Assembly: GCA_964484065.1 (NCBI GenBank)
Contig: CAZAEW010000002.1
Location: forward strand, 75,419-139,418
Reading direction: 5' to 3'
DNA from: an uncultured Bacillus sp.
Lineage (GTDB): Bacteria > Bacillota > Bacilli > Bacillales > Cytobacillaceae
DNA: 64,000 nt
Part shown: positions 48,159 through 59,088 of the stretch, one piece after another
Layout of the letters: each line of letters opens with the position of its first letter
How positions within the stretch are numbered: the stretch's first letter is position 1
Translations under genes and position numbers: made by a program
Notes under the pieces: model-generated
The model's input: only the letters and a program-made list of their open reading frames with translations
Told to the model about the DNA's origin: nothing
Database searches by the model: none

Positions 48159-48542
48159 TTAGTTTTTTTCAACCCACTTGATGATTTTTTGGGTATTATT
48201 GTCATAATAAGCGTATCCCCCTGCCATTGCACCAGACTTTAAAACAAGGGTAAGGGTGATTTTTTGGGTACTCCCGTAGGGCAAATCGATTTGATATTCC
48301 ATATTTCCAAAAAGATATGTCATTTTTCCTTTTGATGGCACCGATTCACCAGATTGCAGTTGTCTTTCGATTTTTTTTATAGAGGAAAGCATATAATATT
48401 CTTGCTCAAAAATGCTTTTTGTTTCTTGAAACATTTTTCGCTCTGCTAAAAGCTGCTCAACTTGAAGGGAAAGGAAGAGGATAAAAACGATTACGATAGA
48501 AAGAGTCAACGGAAGCGTAAATGCTTTTTCATTCTTAATCAT
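48159..48542 (-). CDS. comGG: competence minor pseudopilin ComGG
   Basis: 127 aa from the ATG forming a TAATG overlap with the comGF stop. The N-terminus is MIKNEKAFTLPLTLSIVIVFILF. Last gene of the comG operon. Confidence 0.65.
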   Translation of the reverse strand: MIKNEKAFTLPLTLSIVIVFILFLSLQVEQLLAERKMFQETKSIFEQEYYMLSSIKKIERQLQSGESVPSKGKMTYLFGNMEYQIDLPYGSTQKITLTLVLKSGAMAGGYAYYDNNTQKIIKWVEKN

Positions 48543-49012
48543 TACGCATCGCTCCAATTAAGAAATGAATAAACCGTAATGTTATAATCAATCCCTTGTA
48601 AATCCTTGACAGAAACATAAATAGAATTTTTCAGCAAGGTGAAATTTACATTCGTGACGTTTTGAAGCAGCACTTCATGCCCAGTGCTGTTAACCCGTCT
48701 CCTCAGAACATTTTCATACTTTTCATAAATAACGGTTCCAACATCCTCAGTCAAAATGAGGCTGTTTCCGCTAACCCGGGCGCCTGTGCTCAGTCTGATC
48801 TCTTTTTTCATTTGGCTGCAAAAGACATCCCATTCAAGTTCCTGAATTCTTCCTTCGAGATTTTTTCCCGGCATCAGTTGAAAAACGGGGGATATCAAAA
48901 AAACAATGGAGGTAAATATGAAGAAGGACACCAGCATTTCAACAAGGGTAAAGGCCTGTTCATTCTGAATTACGGCAAAGATTGATTTCTGAGTGGAAAG
49001 AATTTTTTTCAA
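48542..49012 (-). CDS. comGF: competence minor pseudopilin ComGF
   Basis: Prepilin-like segment NEQAFTLVEMLVSFFIFTSIVFL. The probable TTG start at 49012 lies 8 nt after GGTGTG. The track start at 49081 lies inside comGE. Confidence 0.6.
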   Translation of the reverse strand: MKKILSTQKSIFAVIQNEQAFTLVEMLVSFFIFTSIVFLISPVFQLMPGKNLEGRIQELEWDVFCSQMKKEIRLSTGARVSGNSLILTEDVGTVIYEKYENVLRRRVNSTGHEVLLQNVTNVNFTLLKNSIYVSVKDLQGIDYNITVYSFLNWSDA

Positions 49013-49298
49013 CCTTGACACACACCTTTCTTTGTTCAGGAATATCAGTAGCGCTCCAATTAATTTGATATTCGATTCCATTGTGAATGGTTGAGTGATC
49101 TTGGGAAGGCTGATTATTAATGATCAATGAGTGGAGCTCTTCAAAAAGAAGTTGATTCGCATGTTTTTCAATTTGAAGCTGATTAGATTGCTTGACCAAA
49201 TCTATCAAGAGGGGAGTAAAAAACAAACAGATCATAAGCATGGCGGAGAGTGATAAAATCAACTCGGCCATAATGAAGCCATTATTTTTCAATAACAT
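48960..49298 (-). CDS. comGE: competence minor pseudopilin ComGE
   Basis: Start MLLKNNGFIMAELILSLSAMLMICLF, 7 nt after GGAAAGGGA. Overlaps the comGD stop. Confidence 0.6.
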   Translation of the reverse strand: MLLKNNGFIMAELILSLSAMLMICLFFTPLLIDLVKQSNQLQIEKHANQLLFEELHSLIINNQPSQDHSTIHNGIEYQINWSATDIPEQRKVCVKVEKNSFHSEINLCRNSE

Positions 49299-49722
49299 AA
49301 AAACGTCCCTTTCCAATTAAAAAGGTCAATTGATAATATCTGTTTCCGCATTGAATCGATAAAGATCCAAACTTGCTGACATTTCCGCCCGGAGTAAACT
49401 TAAAGCTCAGCGGAAGAGTTCCCGGCGAAACGGTAATAGCTTTAGAGTAATTTCTCATGATAATTGTCGGAGAGTTGAAATTGGTGCGCATGTAATAATA
49501 GTGCTGATCACTGGAGAAAGTAACCGTTACTTCCGCCTGATGTGAGATGGCATATTGCTGCCCAAACAAAAGGTCTGCCTTCAGCTGGGTTAAAAAAGCT
49601 TCACTTTCCTTACTTTCATACTGCGGCTTCATGTAAAAAACCGCAATTGAGGAAATAACAAGGAATATTGACAGAACGAGCAATGACTCAATTAAAGTAA
49701 AACCTTGCTCAGCTGTTTTCAT
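49282..49722 (-). CDS. comGD: competence minor pseudopilin ComGD
   Basis: 146 aa with a class III signal / N-methylation motif MKTAEQGFTLIESLLVLSIFLV. Confidence 0.72.
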   Translation of the reverse strand: MKTAEQGFTLIESLLVLSIFLVISSIAVFYMKPQYESKESEAFLTQLKADLLFGQQYAISHQAEVTVTFSSDQHYYYMRTNFNSPTIIMRNYSKAITVSPGTLPLSFKFTPGGNVSKFGSLSIQCGNRYYQLTFLIGKGRFYVIEK

Positions 49723-49731
49723 TGCTTTGCC

Positions 49732-50028
49732 CTACTCAGTTATGACCGTTCCGTCCTCCTGAATGACGACCTCTTTTCCATCCGGGCATGTGGAGGTTTT
49801 TAAATATTCCCCGCTTTTGAGCTCTGCAATAGTTGGTATTTTATTATTCTCGAGCTTGTATGATTGTACCTGTGCTTCAACCACCTTCTTAAATGCTTCG
49901 CAGCCTTTGCTGTTAATATTGGCATTGTGTTTGGCAATGTTCGGTATGGTGATAATTAACAATACTGAAATGATTAGCATAACAATCATCATTTCGATGA
50001 GGGTAAACCCTTTTTCGTTTTTTAACAT
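49732..50028 (-). CDS. comGC: competence major pseudopilin ComGC
   Basis: 98 aa with prepilin motif KGFTLIEMMIVMLIISVLL and two Cys (C43, C81 region) for the disulfide. RBS AAGGAGGAA. Confidence 0.88.
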   Translation of the reverse strand: MLKNEKGFTLIEMMIVMLIISVLLIITIPNIAKHNANINSKGCEAFKKVVEAQVQSYKLENNKIPTIAELKSGEYLKTSTCPDGKEVVIQEDGTVITE

Positions 50029-50046
50029 TTTTATTCCTCCTTAAAG

Positions 50047-51078
50047 TTAGATTCCATCCATGAGATGGAACATGGGTAAAAGAATAGCTAAATACATGGA
50101 TACAACAAGAAATCCAATCATTAAATACAAAATAGGCTGAATCGTTTTGATCGCTTTTTCCAGCAGTTCTTCTACAAGCTCAATACAATGCTGACTGTAA
50201 AATAGCAATTCCTGTTCTAATTTCCCATTTTCCTGGCCATGCCGAACAATCATCGTAAATTCTTTTTCAAAAAAATGAAACGTCTTTAAAATGAATTCAA
50301 GTTTTTCTCCGGTAACCAGCTTTGTTTTTATTTCTTTTGCCAGCGCGCTGTAAAATGGCTGTCTTGAGTTCGCTTCAAACTGCATTAGCGCTTCGGAAAA
50401 GGAAATTCCCCCTGATAACAAAAAGCTTAATTGGATCGAAAAATAGTGGGTATATAATAATTTGAGGACACGGCCAAAGAGGGGAATACGGACAAGCTGG
50501 GTTTTCTGCTGAAGGATGGGAATTTTTCTGAAAATAAAAAAGTAATAGGCTGTCAATAGGGAGAGGAGAACTGATAAGGTCATGACAAGTAACGGCAGAT
50601 ATTTTCCAACTCCAAACAGCACTTTAGTAAAAAAGTTCGCCTCCAAGTTCATTGATTGAAAAAGAACAGTAAATCGAGGCAGCAATGTTTTTTCGAGAAA
50701 GGAAAATAAAAATCCCGTAATAATGATTAGAATGATCGGGTACTGAAGGAGTTTTAAAAGCTTTTGTTTGTCCTTCTGTTTTTTCATTGCCAAACTGCTT
50801 CCTTCTAATAATGCTTCAGCAAAACTTCCGTGTTGTTCAGCATAATAAACATATCCAATCAAGTCATTGTTAAAACCTAGTTTTTCTAATACATCATGGA
50901 AAGGCAGGCCTTTTTTTAAATCTGTTAGGCACCCTGTTAATTCTGATTTCCTGATTGGATGTAAATGATAGGAAAGCGATTCAATGGCTTCGGCTATGGG
51001 ATAACCTCTTATGAGCAATTCCCCTGTTCTTTTTAGAAAATTTGCCTGCTCGCTAATCGTCCATTTATGTCGTTTCAT
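50047..51078 (-). CDS. comGB: competence pseudopilus platform protein ComGB (GspF/PilC family)
   Basis: Two T2SS-F repeats and 3 TM helices. The start MKRHKWTISEQANFLKR aligns with the B. subtilis ComGB N-terminus. An alternative ATG at 51096 lies inside comGA. Confidence 0.85.
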   Translation of the reverse strand: MKRHKWTISEQANFLKRTGELLIRGYPIAEAIESLSYHLHPIRKSELTGCLTDLKKGLPFHDVLEKLGFNNDLIGYVYYAEQHGSFAEALLEGSSLAMKKQKDKQKLLKLLQYPIILIIITGFLFSFLEKTLLPRFTVLFQSMNLEANFFTKVLFGVGKYLPLLVMTLSVLLSLLTAYYFFIFRKIPILQQKTQLVRIPLFGRVLKLLYTHYFSIQLSFLLSGGISFSEALMQFEANSRQPFYSALAKEIKTKLVTGEKLEFILKTFHFFEKEFTMIVRHGQENGKLEQELLFYSQHCIELVEELLEKAIKTIQPILYLMIGFLVVSMYLAILLPMFHLMDGI

Positions 51079-52147
51079 CGTAAACCAGCCGTTCATACTC
51101 TGTTTCTTTAATGTAGCCTAAAGCTATTCCTTTTCTGATGACATTTTTTAAAGTTCGATAATTCATGTTAACTTTATTTCCTTTTGCTTCTTTAAGCACT
51201 AAACTTAAATTTCTTCCTGATAATAGCTCGAAAACACTTGCCCTTTTCCACCTGCCGTAGGAATTACAAAATCGTGAACATTTATCTTCACAGAAAGGGC
51301 ATGTTAATTCCACCAGCCGCTGCGCTGTCACCGCAATCAAAGTCTGTTCCACTTCCAGCCAATTGACACCAAATTCGTGAAGCCGGTAAACGGCTCCTTT
51401 AGCATCTCTCGTATGCATCGTGCTTAATACTAAATGCCCGGTTAAAGCAGCCCGTACAGCTATTTTTGCTGTTTCGCTGTCCCTGATTTCACCGACCATA
51501 ATGATATCCGGATCATGCCGTAATATAGCCTTAAGGCCTGTGGCATACGTTATTCCGGCTTTTTCATTTACCTGCACCTGCAGAACGGAATCATAATTTT
51601 TTTCGATTGGGTCTTCGAGCGTAATCACATTGCGCTGAAACATATGGGCGGTTTCATTTAAGAGAGAATAGAGAGTGGTTGATTTGCCGGAGCCTGTCGG
51701 ACCAGTCAGAATAATCAGTCCGTGGGCATGCTTTAGGAGAGCTAGTAATTTTCGAGTCATTAATGGAAATAAGGACAGCTGATAAAATGGGATTTGTTCC
51801 TGCTGAGGCAGCAGTCGGATGACGAGGCTTTCCCGGCCGTTGGACGGTAAAGTGGAGAGTCTGAGTCCCAAAGGTTCGCCATTTAATTCCCAAACAATGG
51901 CACCATTTTGCGGGCGCCTTCTTTCCCCAATATCCATATTGGCGCTGAATTTAAAGTGAGAAATAAGTCGGTCACATTCTTCTTTTGGAAGGGATAAGCG
52001 GGGCACCAGCTTGGTTGTTAAACGGAATTGAATAAGTGTGTCTTTTCTGCGGGGCAGGATGTGAATGTCGGTCGCTTGATTTTTTACGGCATCTGAAATG
52101 ATTCGATTGGCTAAGATTTCAGTAGCACTTACAATAGGAAACACCAC
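51065..52147 (-). CDS. comGA: competence pseudopilus assembly ATPase ComGA (GspE/PilB family)
   Basis: 360 aa with a GTG start. Walker A GPTGSGKSTT, Asp box, Walker B DPDIIMVGEIRD, His box GHLVLSTMHT and a C-terminal Cys cluster CPFCEDKC. Confidence 0.9.
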   Translation of the reverse strand: MVFPIVSATEILANRIISDAVKNQATDIHILPRRKDTLIQFRLTTKLVPRLSLPKEECDRLISHFKFSANMDIGERRRPQNGAIVWELNGEPLGLRLSTLPSNGRESLVIRLLPQQEQIPFYQLSLFPLMTRKLLALLKHAHGLIILTGPTGSGKSTTLYSLLNETAHMFQRNVITLEDPIEKNYDSVLQVQVNEKAGITYATGLKAILRHDPDIIMVGEIRDSETAKIAVRAALTGHLVLSTMHTRDAKGAVYRLHEFGVNWLEVEQTLIAVTAQRLVELTCPFCEDKCSRFCNSYGRWKRASVFELLSGRNLSLVLKEAKGNKVNMNYRTLKNVIRKGIALGYIKETEYERLVYDETT

Positions 52148-52216
52148 CTTTTTATTTGATTCGCTATAAATATTCGACAGGCTTTTTCGTTTCCCTTTAT
52201 TTTTTTAAAAAAATTT

Positions 52217-52236
52217 TTCGGGGGAGGCCCCCCGAA
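52217..52236 (-). terminator. intrinsic terminator of yqhG
   Basis: On the minus strand: TTCGGGGG-GCCT-CCCCCGAA, followed by an AAAAATTTTTTT tract, immediately after the yqhG stop. Confidence 0.65.
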
Positions 52237-53028
52237 TCATACAGCATTTTCAGTCAGGTAAAAAAGCCCGCCATTGATATAAGAGATCCGGATTTTTGGT
52301 TCATATTGGTCTCTTAAGGCTTGTTTTTCAATTTCATAGCTTTCGTTTTTCCCTTCCTCATTTTCATAAAAATGATTGAGAAGCTTAAGATCCGATTCCC
52401 AGCGTTTTCTTGCCTCATCTGCCCAATGATGATCTTCCTTTTCGATTAATTGTCTCAGGTAATTTTCAATGCGTGTTATTCCGCTTTTGGGCTTAATGAG
52501 AGGGGATAGAGTAAAAGAATAATCTGGGATTTTCGGAGTCAGCTTTATCCGGAGCAATTGATCATGGAAATCTTCCACCATTCTTCCGTTAATAAGCTGA
52601 AGACCGATCGAATAAAAACAATCACGTTTCCGGTCACATTGATAACTGACTTTCACATTCATGCACAGCCATGGCATCAGAGGGGTCTGCTGATATTGGC
52701 GATCATGATTTTCATAAAGCCTGATATGTCCAGCAAGTTTTTTTGTTGACTGAAATATTTGGTGAAGGCGGGGCGAACCAAAATGAATTCCTTCTCCTTT
52801 AATGGAGTCAGTAGCAGACTTCCGGTCCGTAATAAAAGTGAGCTGCGCAGGACTCGGAATTCCGCCTGTTTTTTCTAAGTAGTGCCAGTAAAAAGGACGG
52901 TTCATCAGTTCTTTATCCAGTTCAACGGTCAGCTGTACAGTTAAATACCCATGCTGGTTTTGCAGAATCTGACATTCATTTCCTTCAAAATACCGCTCAA
53001 GAAATTGATGGATTTCCTGTTGTTGCAT
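52237..53028 (-). CDS. yqhG: YqhG family protein
   Basis: 263 aa with RBS GGAAAGGGGA. Same position and similar size as B. subtilis yqhG. Overlaps the yqhH stop by 32 nt. Confidence 0.6.
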   Translation of the reverse strand: MQQQEIHQFLERYFEGNECQILQNQHGYLTVQLTVELDKELMNRPFYWHYLEKTGGIPSPAQLTFITDRKSATDSIKGEGIHFGSPRLHQIFQSTKKLAGHIRLYENHDRQYQQTPLMPWLCMNVKVSYQCDRKRDCFYSIGLQLINGRMVEDFHDQLLRIKLTPKIPDYSFTLSPLIKPKSGITRIENYLRQLIEKEDHHWADEARKRWESDLKLLNHFYENEEGKNESYEIEKQALRDQYEPKIRISYINGGLFYLTENAV

Positions 53029-54694
53029 AATGATCCCCTTTCCTTAGGGTATTGGCAAATTCAATCATTGAAGTGAGATTTTCCATTTTGATGTTCATTT
53101 CTCCTTCTGAGCCGGAGCGGCTAAAGATATCAATTAAGTGTTCTTCAATATTGCCAAACTCCAGTTTTGTCAGGATGTCATCCAGTTCACCAATTACTTT
53201 TTCAAATAAGTGGATTTTTTCATACAGCAGCTTAAGAATATGTTCTTCAAGTGTATCTTTTATTGCAAAGTTGTAAACCACCACATCTTTTTCCTGCCCC
53301 AGCCGGTGAATTCTGCCAATTCGCTGTTCAAGGCGCATCGGATTCCAGGGAAGATCAAAATTTATTATGTGATGGCAAAACTGCAGGTTAATTCCTTCCC
53401 CGCCTGCTTCGGTGGCAATCAGGACCTGGGCATGTTTTTGAAAAAGCTCGCGCATCCAGTCTTTTTTTCCGCGTTTAAAGCCGCCGCGAAACGGAACGGA
53501 ACTAATTCCATGCTGCTTTAAAAACCATTGTAAATAGATTTGTGTTGCCCGGTATTCAGTAAAGATAATCACCTTATCGTTAATGCTTTGAATGAGTTCA
53601 AGTGCTTTTTGCGCTTTTGAATTTTGCTGAACGTTTTCCACCTTGGAAATCAAAAACTGAATTTGCGCTGTGTAACTTTTGGGTGGATTTTCTTGTTTAT
53701 CGAGCATGTTTTTTAGTGTGTGATAAACAGCTTCTCTGCTGCTGCAAGCTTCACGCTTTAGTGTCATTAAGGAAAAAGTGCTTGTTTGCACCCAGTTTTC
53801 ATCGCTTTTAAATGATGAAATCGCATCATATAATTCTCTTTCCGGCATAGAAAACTCAATCGGGATGGTCTGCACCTGCCTTTTTGTCCATTCAATACCT
53901 GTGTCCGCCCGCCGGTTTCGAATCATCACCTTGTTCACCAGTTCTTTTAAATGTTCATCATCATGTAAAGAACGGGAATCGCGTTTATATCTTTCATAAA
54001 AACTCGTTTCACTTCCTAAATGTCCTGGCTTCAGCAGAGAAACAAGGTTAAATATTTCTTCCACTCTATTTTGGATTGGAGTTGCGGTCAAAAGTAGGCA
54101 AAACTTTTTTTTAAGGTTCTGGACGAATTCATAGTTTTTGGTTTTATTATTTTTTAGTTTGTGGGCTTCATCAATAATGATCAGGTCATAATCGAGATTA
54201 TATATGATTTCACGGTGAGGGCTTCGCTTCGCTGTATCGATTGAGCTCACCACCACATCATACTGCTCCCAAACATAGCTTTTTCGCTGGGTAATCGCCG
54301 GTATATAAAATTTGCTGTTTAATTCTGAAGCCCATTGAGTGACGAGGGAAGCGGGAACCAGAATGAGCACTTTTTTGACAAGACCGCGGATCATGTATTC
54401 TTTTAAAACTAAACCGGCTTCAATGGTTTTTCCAAGTCCGACTTCATCGGCAAGGATTGCTTTCCCATTCATGTTTTCAATGACCTGTCTGGCCGTTTCG
54501 AGCTGATGAGGCAGTGGAGTGAGATCAGGAAGATGTTTCGGCGCCTGCAGGCCTTCAAATTCCGGGATGATCAAATGTTTTTCGATTTCGACCGCCAGCT
54601 TAAAGAGTTCCCAGCTCCCCCATGGACCATCTTGGTCCATTCGATGAATAAAATCATCTTGCCATGAGGAATCAAATTCAATATCGACCGTCAT
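52997..54694 (-). CDS. yqhH: SNF2/RapA-like helicase-family ATPase
   Basis: 565 aa from the ATG at 54694 (RBS AAAGGAGG). Motifs DEVGLGKT, IIDEAHKLKN, LLTATPIQN and QRIGRIHRLGQ. The track start at 54787 is an over-extension. Confidence 0.85.
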   Translation of the reverse strand: MTVDIEFDSSWQDDFIHRMDQDGPWGSWELFKLAVEIEKHLIIPEFEGLQAPKHLPDLTPLPHQLETARQVIENMNGKAILADEVGLGKTIEAGLVLKEYMIRGLVKKVLILVPASLVTQWASELNSKFYIPAITQRKSYVWEQYDVVVSSIDTAKRSPHREIIYNLDYDLIIIDEAHKLKNNKTKNYEFVQNLKKKFCLLLTATPIQNRVEEIFNLVSLLKPGHLGSETSFYERYKRDSRSLHDDEHLKELVNKVMIRNRRADTGIEWTKRQVQTIPIEFSMPERELYDAISSFKSDENWVQTSTFSLMTLKREACSSREAVYHTLKNMLDKQENPPKSYTAQIQFLISKVENVQQNSKAQKALELIQSINDKVIIFTEYRATQIYLQWFLKQHGISSVPFRGGFKRGKKDWMRELFQKHAQVLIATEAGGEGINLQFCHHIINFDLPWNPMRLEQRIGRIHRLGQEKDVVVYNFAIKDTLEEHILKLLYEKIHLFEKVIGELDDILTKLEFGNIEEHLIDIFSRSGSEGEMNIKMENLTSMIEFANTLRKGDHYATTGNPSIS

Positions 54695-54852
54695 GTTTTC
54701 TAGCCTCCTTTTGATAAATTGATATTGCCCGGTATATAAAAATAATGATAGGATGATAATAACTTGGAAAGTTTTTAATATTGTCAAAACCGCAAAATCT
54801 TTAGAGTTTGTTTTAGTATGACCAGCATGGAGAATATTATAATCGCGAATGA

Positions 54853-55066
54853 TAGCAAGGGGAGAGACTGCCGAATGTGCAGCGCCGAAGGAGCAAGTGG
54901 TTTTTAAACGAATCTCTCAGGCAAAAGAACTCTTGTTGGACGCAGCTCTGGAGAGTGCTTCAATTATTTTGCAGCCACCAAAGGGGAAAGCCTTTTTAAG
55001 GTAAACTTTCAGGTGCCAGGACAGAGACCTCACTTTTTCAAAAAGGCGGGTTTCTGTCCTTTTTTA
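54853..55066 (+). promoter_or_regulatory. tandem glycine riboswitch with expression-platform terminator
   Basis: Aptamer 1 is GGGGAGAG...GCGCCGAAGGAGCAAG...CTCAGGCAAAAGAAC. Aptamer 2 is CTCTGGAGAG...CCACCAAAGGGGAAAG...TTCAGGTGCCAGGACAG. The terminator GGACAGA...TCTGTCC followed by T6 shares its 5' arm with aptamer 2. It sits upstream of gcvT, as in B. subtilis. Confidence 0.88.
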
Positions 55067-55095
55067 ATGCAGAAAATCCTATAAAGGGGGATTAG

Positions 55096-56199
55096 ATGAT
55101 GACAGAGTTAAAGCAAACACCATTGTTTGAGGTTTATCGGGAATATGGAGGGAAGACGATTGATTTCGGCGGATGGGAGCTGCCTGTTCAATTTTCAAGT
55201 ATTAAAGAAGAACACGAAGCTGTCCGGACCAGAGCCGGATTGTTTGATGTGTCCCATATGGGAGAAGTTGAGGTTAGAGGTAGCGGAAGCTTGAATTTTT
55301 TGCAAAAGATGATGACAAACGATATCTCAAAACTGCAAACAGGCGGTGCCCAATATACAGCAATGTGCTATGAAAATGGAGGCACAGTGGATGATTTACT
55401 GACTTATAAATTAGCAGAAAATCATTATTTGCTTGTGATTAATGCAGCGAATATTGAAAAAGACTTCGAGTGGCTCCAACAACACCTTGAAGGAGATGTA
55501 AAACTTGAAAATCTTTCTGAAAAAACGGCACAGCTTGCCCTGCAAGGCCCTTTGGCTGAAGAGGTGCTGCAAAAGCTGACCGGATCAGATTTATCCGGGA
55601 TCGGCACCTTTAAATTTCAGCAGGAGGCAGGCATAAATGGAATAAAAGCGCTGATCTCGAGAACAGGCTACACCGGCGAAGATGGATTTGAAATTTACTG
55701 TCATTCGAAAGATGCGATCTCCCTTTGGAAAGCCATTCTTAAAGCGGGAGAAAGCGAAGGGGTTCTTCCATGTGGACTTGGCGCCAGGGATACGCTTCGG
55801 TTTGAAGCGGCATTAGCCCTGTACGGTCAGGAACTTTCTTTGGATATTTCACCGCTTGAGGCGGGAATCAGCTTTGCCGTGAAATTAAATAAGGAAGAAG
55901 ATTTTATCGGAAAAGCGGCATTAACAAAGCAAAAAGAAGAAGGTCTTGCCAGAAAAATAGTTGGAATCGAAATGATCGACAGAGGGATTCCAAGACATGG
56001 CTATCCTGTTTATAAAGGTGAAAAACAAATTGGCGAAGTGACAACGGGCACACAATCGCCGACCTTAAAGAAAAATATCGGCTTGGCGCTGATTGAAACG
56101 GCTTATGCCAAACTGGATCAGGAAGTGGAGGTTGAAATCCGCGGCAAACGATTAAAAGCAAAAGTGGTTCCAACACCTTTTTATAAAAGAAAGAAATAA
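55096..56199 (+). CDS. gcvT: glycine cleavage system aminomethyltransferase (T protein)
   Basis: 367 aa with RBS AAAGGGGGA. The N-terminus is [26 protein letters not shown] and the GCV_T fold runs throughout. The start is ATG 55096 or 55099. Confidence 0.95.
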   Translation: MMTELKQTPLFEVYREYGGKTIDFGGWELPVQFSSIKEEHEAVRTRAGLFDVSHMGEVEVRGSGSLNFLQKMMTNDISKLQTGGAQYTAMCYENGGTVDDLLTYKLAENHYLLVINAANIEKDFEWLQQHLEGDVKLENLSEKTAQLALQGPLAEEVLQKLTGSDLSGIGTFKFQQEAGINGIKALISRTGYTGEDGFEIYCHSKDAISLWKAILKAGESEGVLPCGLGARDTLRFEAALALYGQELSLDISPLEAGISFAVKLNKEEDFIGKAALTKQKEEGLARKIVGIEMIDRGIPRHGYPVYKGEKQIGEVTTGTQSPTLKKNIGLALIETAYAKLDQEVEVEIRGKRLKAKVVPTPFYKRKK

Positions 56200-56217
56200 T
56201 GGAAGGGAGTAATGACA

Positions 56218-57564
56218 ATGAATCAGCATCGTTATTTACCGATGACCGAAGAAGATAAAAATCAAATGCTTCGTACAATTGGTGTATCGTCGATTGATGA
56301 GCTTTTTAGCGATATTCCGGAAAGAGTAAGGTTTAATCGTGAATACAATATTAAACCTGCAAAATCGGAAACGGCGTTATGGAGAGAACTATCAAGGCTT
56401 GCTGATAAAAATGCGGATCTAAAGAAGAATGTCTCCTTTTTGGGGGCGGGAGTTTATGATCATTACATTCCGGCTATTGTTGACCATGTTCTTCTGCGCT
56501 CGGAATTTTATACAGCCTATACGCCTTATCAGCCGGAAATTTCTCAAGGCGAATTGCAGGCGATCTTTGAATTTCAAACGATGGTTTGTGAATTGACAGG
56601 CATGGACGTGGCAAACTCTTCCATGTACGATGGGGGAACGGCATTAGCTGAAGCGGCGATGCTTAGTGCTGGTCAGACAAAACGGAACAAAATACTGCTT
56701 TCAAGCTCCGTTCATCCAGAATATAAAGAGGTTGTCAAAACGTATGCCAAAGGGCAGCGGATTGAAATAATTGAAGTCCCTGTAAAGGACGGCGTGACTG
56801 ACATTGATGCATTAAAAGAACTTGCAAACGAGAAAATCGCTGCATTCATTGTTCAATACCCGAATTTTTACGGACGGATTGAGCCTTTAAAAGACTTCGA
56901 AGAGATTGTTCATTCCCATAAGTCCTTATTTGTTGTTTCGAGCAATCCATTGTCACTTGGCATCTTGACACCTCCGGGAAAATTCGGTGCCGATATTGTT
57001 GTTGGAGACGTTCAACCTTTCGGGAATCCGACTGGCTTTGGGGGGCCGCATTGTGGATATTTTGCCGTAACAAACAAATTAATGAGAAAAATACCGGGCC
57101 GTCTTGTCGGGCAGACAACGGACTTTCGGGGAAGACGAGGTTTTGTTTTGACTCTGCAAGCCAGGGAACAGCATATCCGCCGTGATAAAGCGACATCGAA
57201 TATCTGTTCCAATCAAGCGTTAAACGCTTTAGCCGCTGCAGTTGCCATGACAGCTCTCGGCAAAAAAGGAATAAAGGAACTGGCTGCTGCTAATCTGCAA
57301 AAAGCCCATTATGCCAAAAATACTTTTTCAGAAAACGGAGCGGAATTCGTGTTTGACGGCCCTTTCTTCAATGAATTTGTCCTTAAGTTAACGAAACCGG
57401 TAAAAGAGATCAATTGCAAGCTTCTCGAAAAAGGAATTATTGGCGGATATGACTTGGGCAGAGATGATCCCAAGTTGACCAATCATATGCTTGTTGCTGT
57501 TACAGAGCTTAGGACAAAGGAAGAAATCAATACTTTTGTCAAAGAATTGGGGGATTTGCAATGA
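56218..57564 (+). CDS. gcvPA: glycine dehydrogenase (decarboxylating) subunit 1
   Basis: 448 aa from the ATG 8 nt after [27 protein letters not shown] resembles the B. subtilis GcvPA N-terminus. Confidence 0.95.
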   Translation: MNQHRYLPMTEEDKNQMLRTIGVSSIDELFSDIPERVRFNREYNIKPAKSETALWRELSRLADKNADLKKNVSFLGAGVYDHYIPAIVDHVLLRSEFYTAYTPYQPEISQGELQAIFEFQTMVCELTGMDVANSSMYDGGTALAEAAMLSAGQTKRNKILLSSSVHPEYKEVVKTYAKGQRIEIIEVPVKDGVTDIDALKELANEKIAAFIVQYPNFYGRIEPLKDFEEIVHSHKSLFVVSSNPLSLGILTPPGKFGADIVVGDVQPFGNPTGFGGPHCGYFAVTNKLMRKIPGRLVGQTTDFRGRRGFVLTLQAREQHIRRDKATSNICSNQALNALAAAVAMTALGKKGIKELAAANLQKAHYAKNTFSENGAEFVFDGPFFNEFVLKLTKPVKEINCKLLEKGIIGGYDLGRDDPKLTNHMLVAVTELRTKEEINTFVKELGDLQ

Positions 57565-59021
57565 ACAAACAAGATCAGCCGCTCATTTTTGAACTTAGTA
57601 AACCCGGCCGTATCGGCTGCAGCCTCCCGGAAATGGATGTTCCGGAAGCAGAATTAAGCATCCTTCTTCCACCTGGCTATTTAAGGGAAGAAGAGGCTGA
57701 ACTTCCTGAAGTCTCCGAACTCGATATCATGCGGCATTATACGGCGCTCTCAAGAAGAAATCATGGGGTTGATTCCGGCTTTTATCCGCTTGGCTCGTGC
57801 ACGATGAAATACAATCCTAAAATCAATGAGAATGTCGCCCGTTTTAACGGGTTTGCCCATTTGCATCCGCTCCAGGACGAAAACTCTGTTCAAGGGGCTC
57901 TGGAGTTGATGTATGATTTGCAGCAGCATTTGATTGAGATAACAGGAATGGATGAGGTCACTTTGCAGCCTGCTGCAGGCGCACATGGCGAATGGACTGG
58001 GTTGATGCTGATCCGCGCCTTTCATGAGGCTAATGGGGACTATCACCGGACGAAGGTCATTGTCCCTGATTCGGCACATGGGACAAACCCTGCTTCTGCT
58101 TCAGTCGCAGGACTTGAAATTGTTACGGTGAAGTCAAATGAGCACGGTTTGGTCGATCTTGAAGATTTAAAACGGGTTGCCGGGGACGATACTGCCGCTT
58201 TAATGCTGACGAATCCAAATACGGTCGGCCTTTTTGAAGAAAATATCCTTGAGGTCGCGGAAATTGTCCATGCTGCCGGCGGAAAACTTTATTATGACGG
58301 GGCGAATCTGAATGCTGTTCTTTCTAAAGCCCGTCCGGGCGACATGGGCTTTGATGTTGTCCACTTAAATTTACACAAAACCTTTACGGGACCGCATGGC
58401 GGCGGAGGACCGGGATCAGGGCCGGTCGGGGTAAAGGCGGAACTGATTCCCTTCCTTCCAAAACCGGTTATAACCAAGCAGGGGGATGAATATGTGCTTG
58501 ATTATAACCGTCCGCAGTCGATCGGACGAGTAAAACCGTTCTACGGAAACTTCGGTATTAATGTCCGTGCGTATACGTATATTCGTTCGATGGGTCCTTC
58601 GGGTTTAAAAGCAGTGACGGAATATGCGGTATTAAATGCAAATTATATGATGAGAAGATTGGCAGGATATTATGATTTGCCTTATGACCGCCACTGCAAG
58701 CATGAATTTGTGTTAAGCGGCCGCCGCCAAAAAAAATTGGGAGTCCGAACGCTCGATATAGCAAAACGTTTGCTTGATTTTGGCTATCATCCGCCGACCA
58801 TCTACTTCCCTTTAAATGTGGAGGAGTGCATTATGATTGAACCGACGGAAACCGAATCAAAAGAAACATTGGATTCGTTTATTGATATCATGATTCAAAT
58901 TGCCAAAGAAGCCGAGGAAAATCCGGAAATTGTTCAGGAAGCGCCGCATACGACCGTTGTCGGCCGCTTAGACGAAGCAACCGCTGCACGCAAACCTATT
59001 TTACGGTACCAAAAGAATTAA
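57561..59021 (+). CDS. gcvPB: glycine dehydrogenase (decarboxylating) subunit 2
   Basis: 486 aa with an ATGA overlap with gcvPA. The PLP-lysine motif is [10 protein letters not shown]. Confidence 0.95.
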   Translation: MNKQDQPLIFELSKPGRIGCSLPEMDVPEAELSILLPPGYLREEEAELPEVSELDIMRHYTALSRRNHGVDSGFYPLGSCTMKYNPKINENVARFNGFAHLHPLQDENSVQGALELMYDLQQHLIEITGMDEVTLQPAAGAHGEWTGLMLIRAFHEANGDYHRTKVIVPDSAHGTNPASASVAGLEIVTVKSNEHGLVDLEDLKRVAGDDTAALMLTNPNTVGLFEENILEVAEIVHAAGGKLYYDGANLNAVLSKARPGDMGFDVVHLNLHKTFTGPHGGGGPGSGPVGVKAELIPFLPKPVITKQGDEYVLDYNRPQSIGRVKPFYGNFGINVRAYTYIRSMGPSGLKAVTEYAVLNANYMMRRLAGYYDLPYDRHCKHEFVLSGRRQKKLGVRTLDIAKRLLDFGYHPPTIYFPLNVEECIMIEPTETESKETLDSFIDIMIQIAKEAEENPEIVQEAPHTTVVGRLDEATAARKPILRYQKN

Positions 59022-59033
59022 AGAAGAAAGACG

Positions 59034-59067
59034 AAAAAGGAGCTGACGCTTATGTCAGCTCCTTTTT
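59034..59067. terminator. bidirectional terminator (gcv operon / yqhL)
   Basis: 14-bp perfect stem AAAAAGGAGCTGAC / GTCAGCTCCTTTTT. Confidence 0.82.
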
Positions 59068-59088
59068 GGAGGTTTGATTTGTCTCACA

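Noticed and set aside
52173-52179. A single TGTCGAA (0A-box) on the minus strand upstream of comGA.
   Set aside because: A 7-mer is expected about 8 times in this window on both strands. An isolated copy is not evidence.
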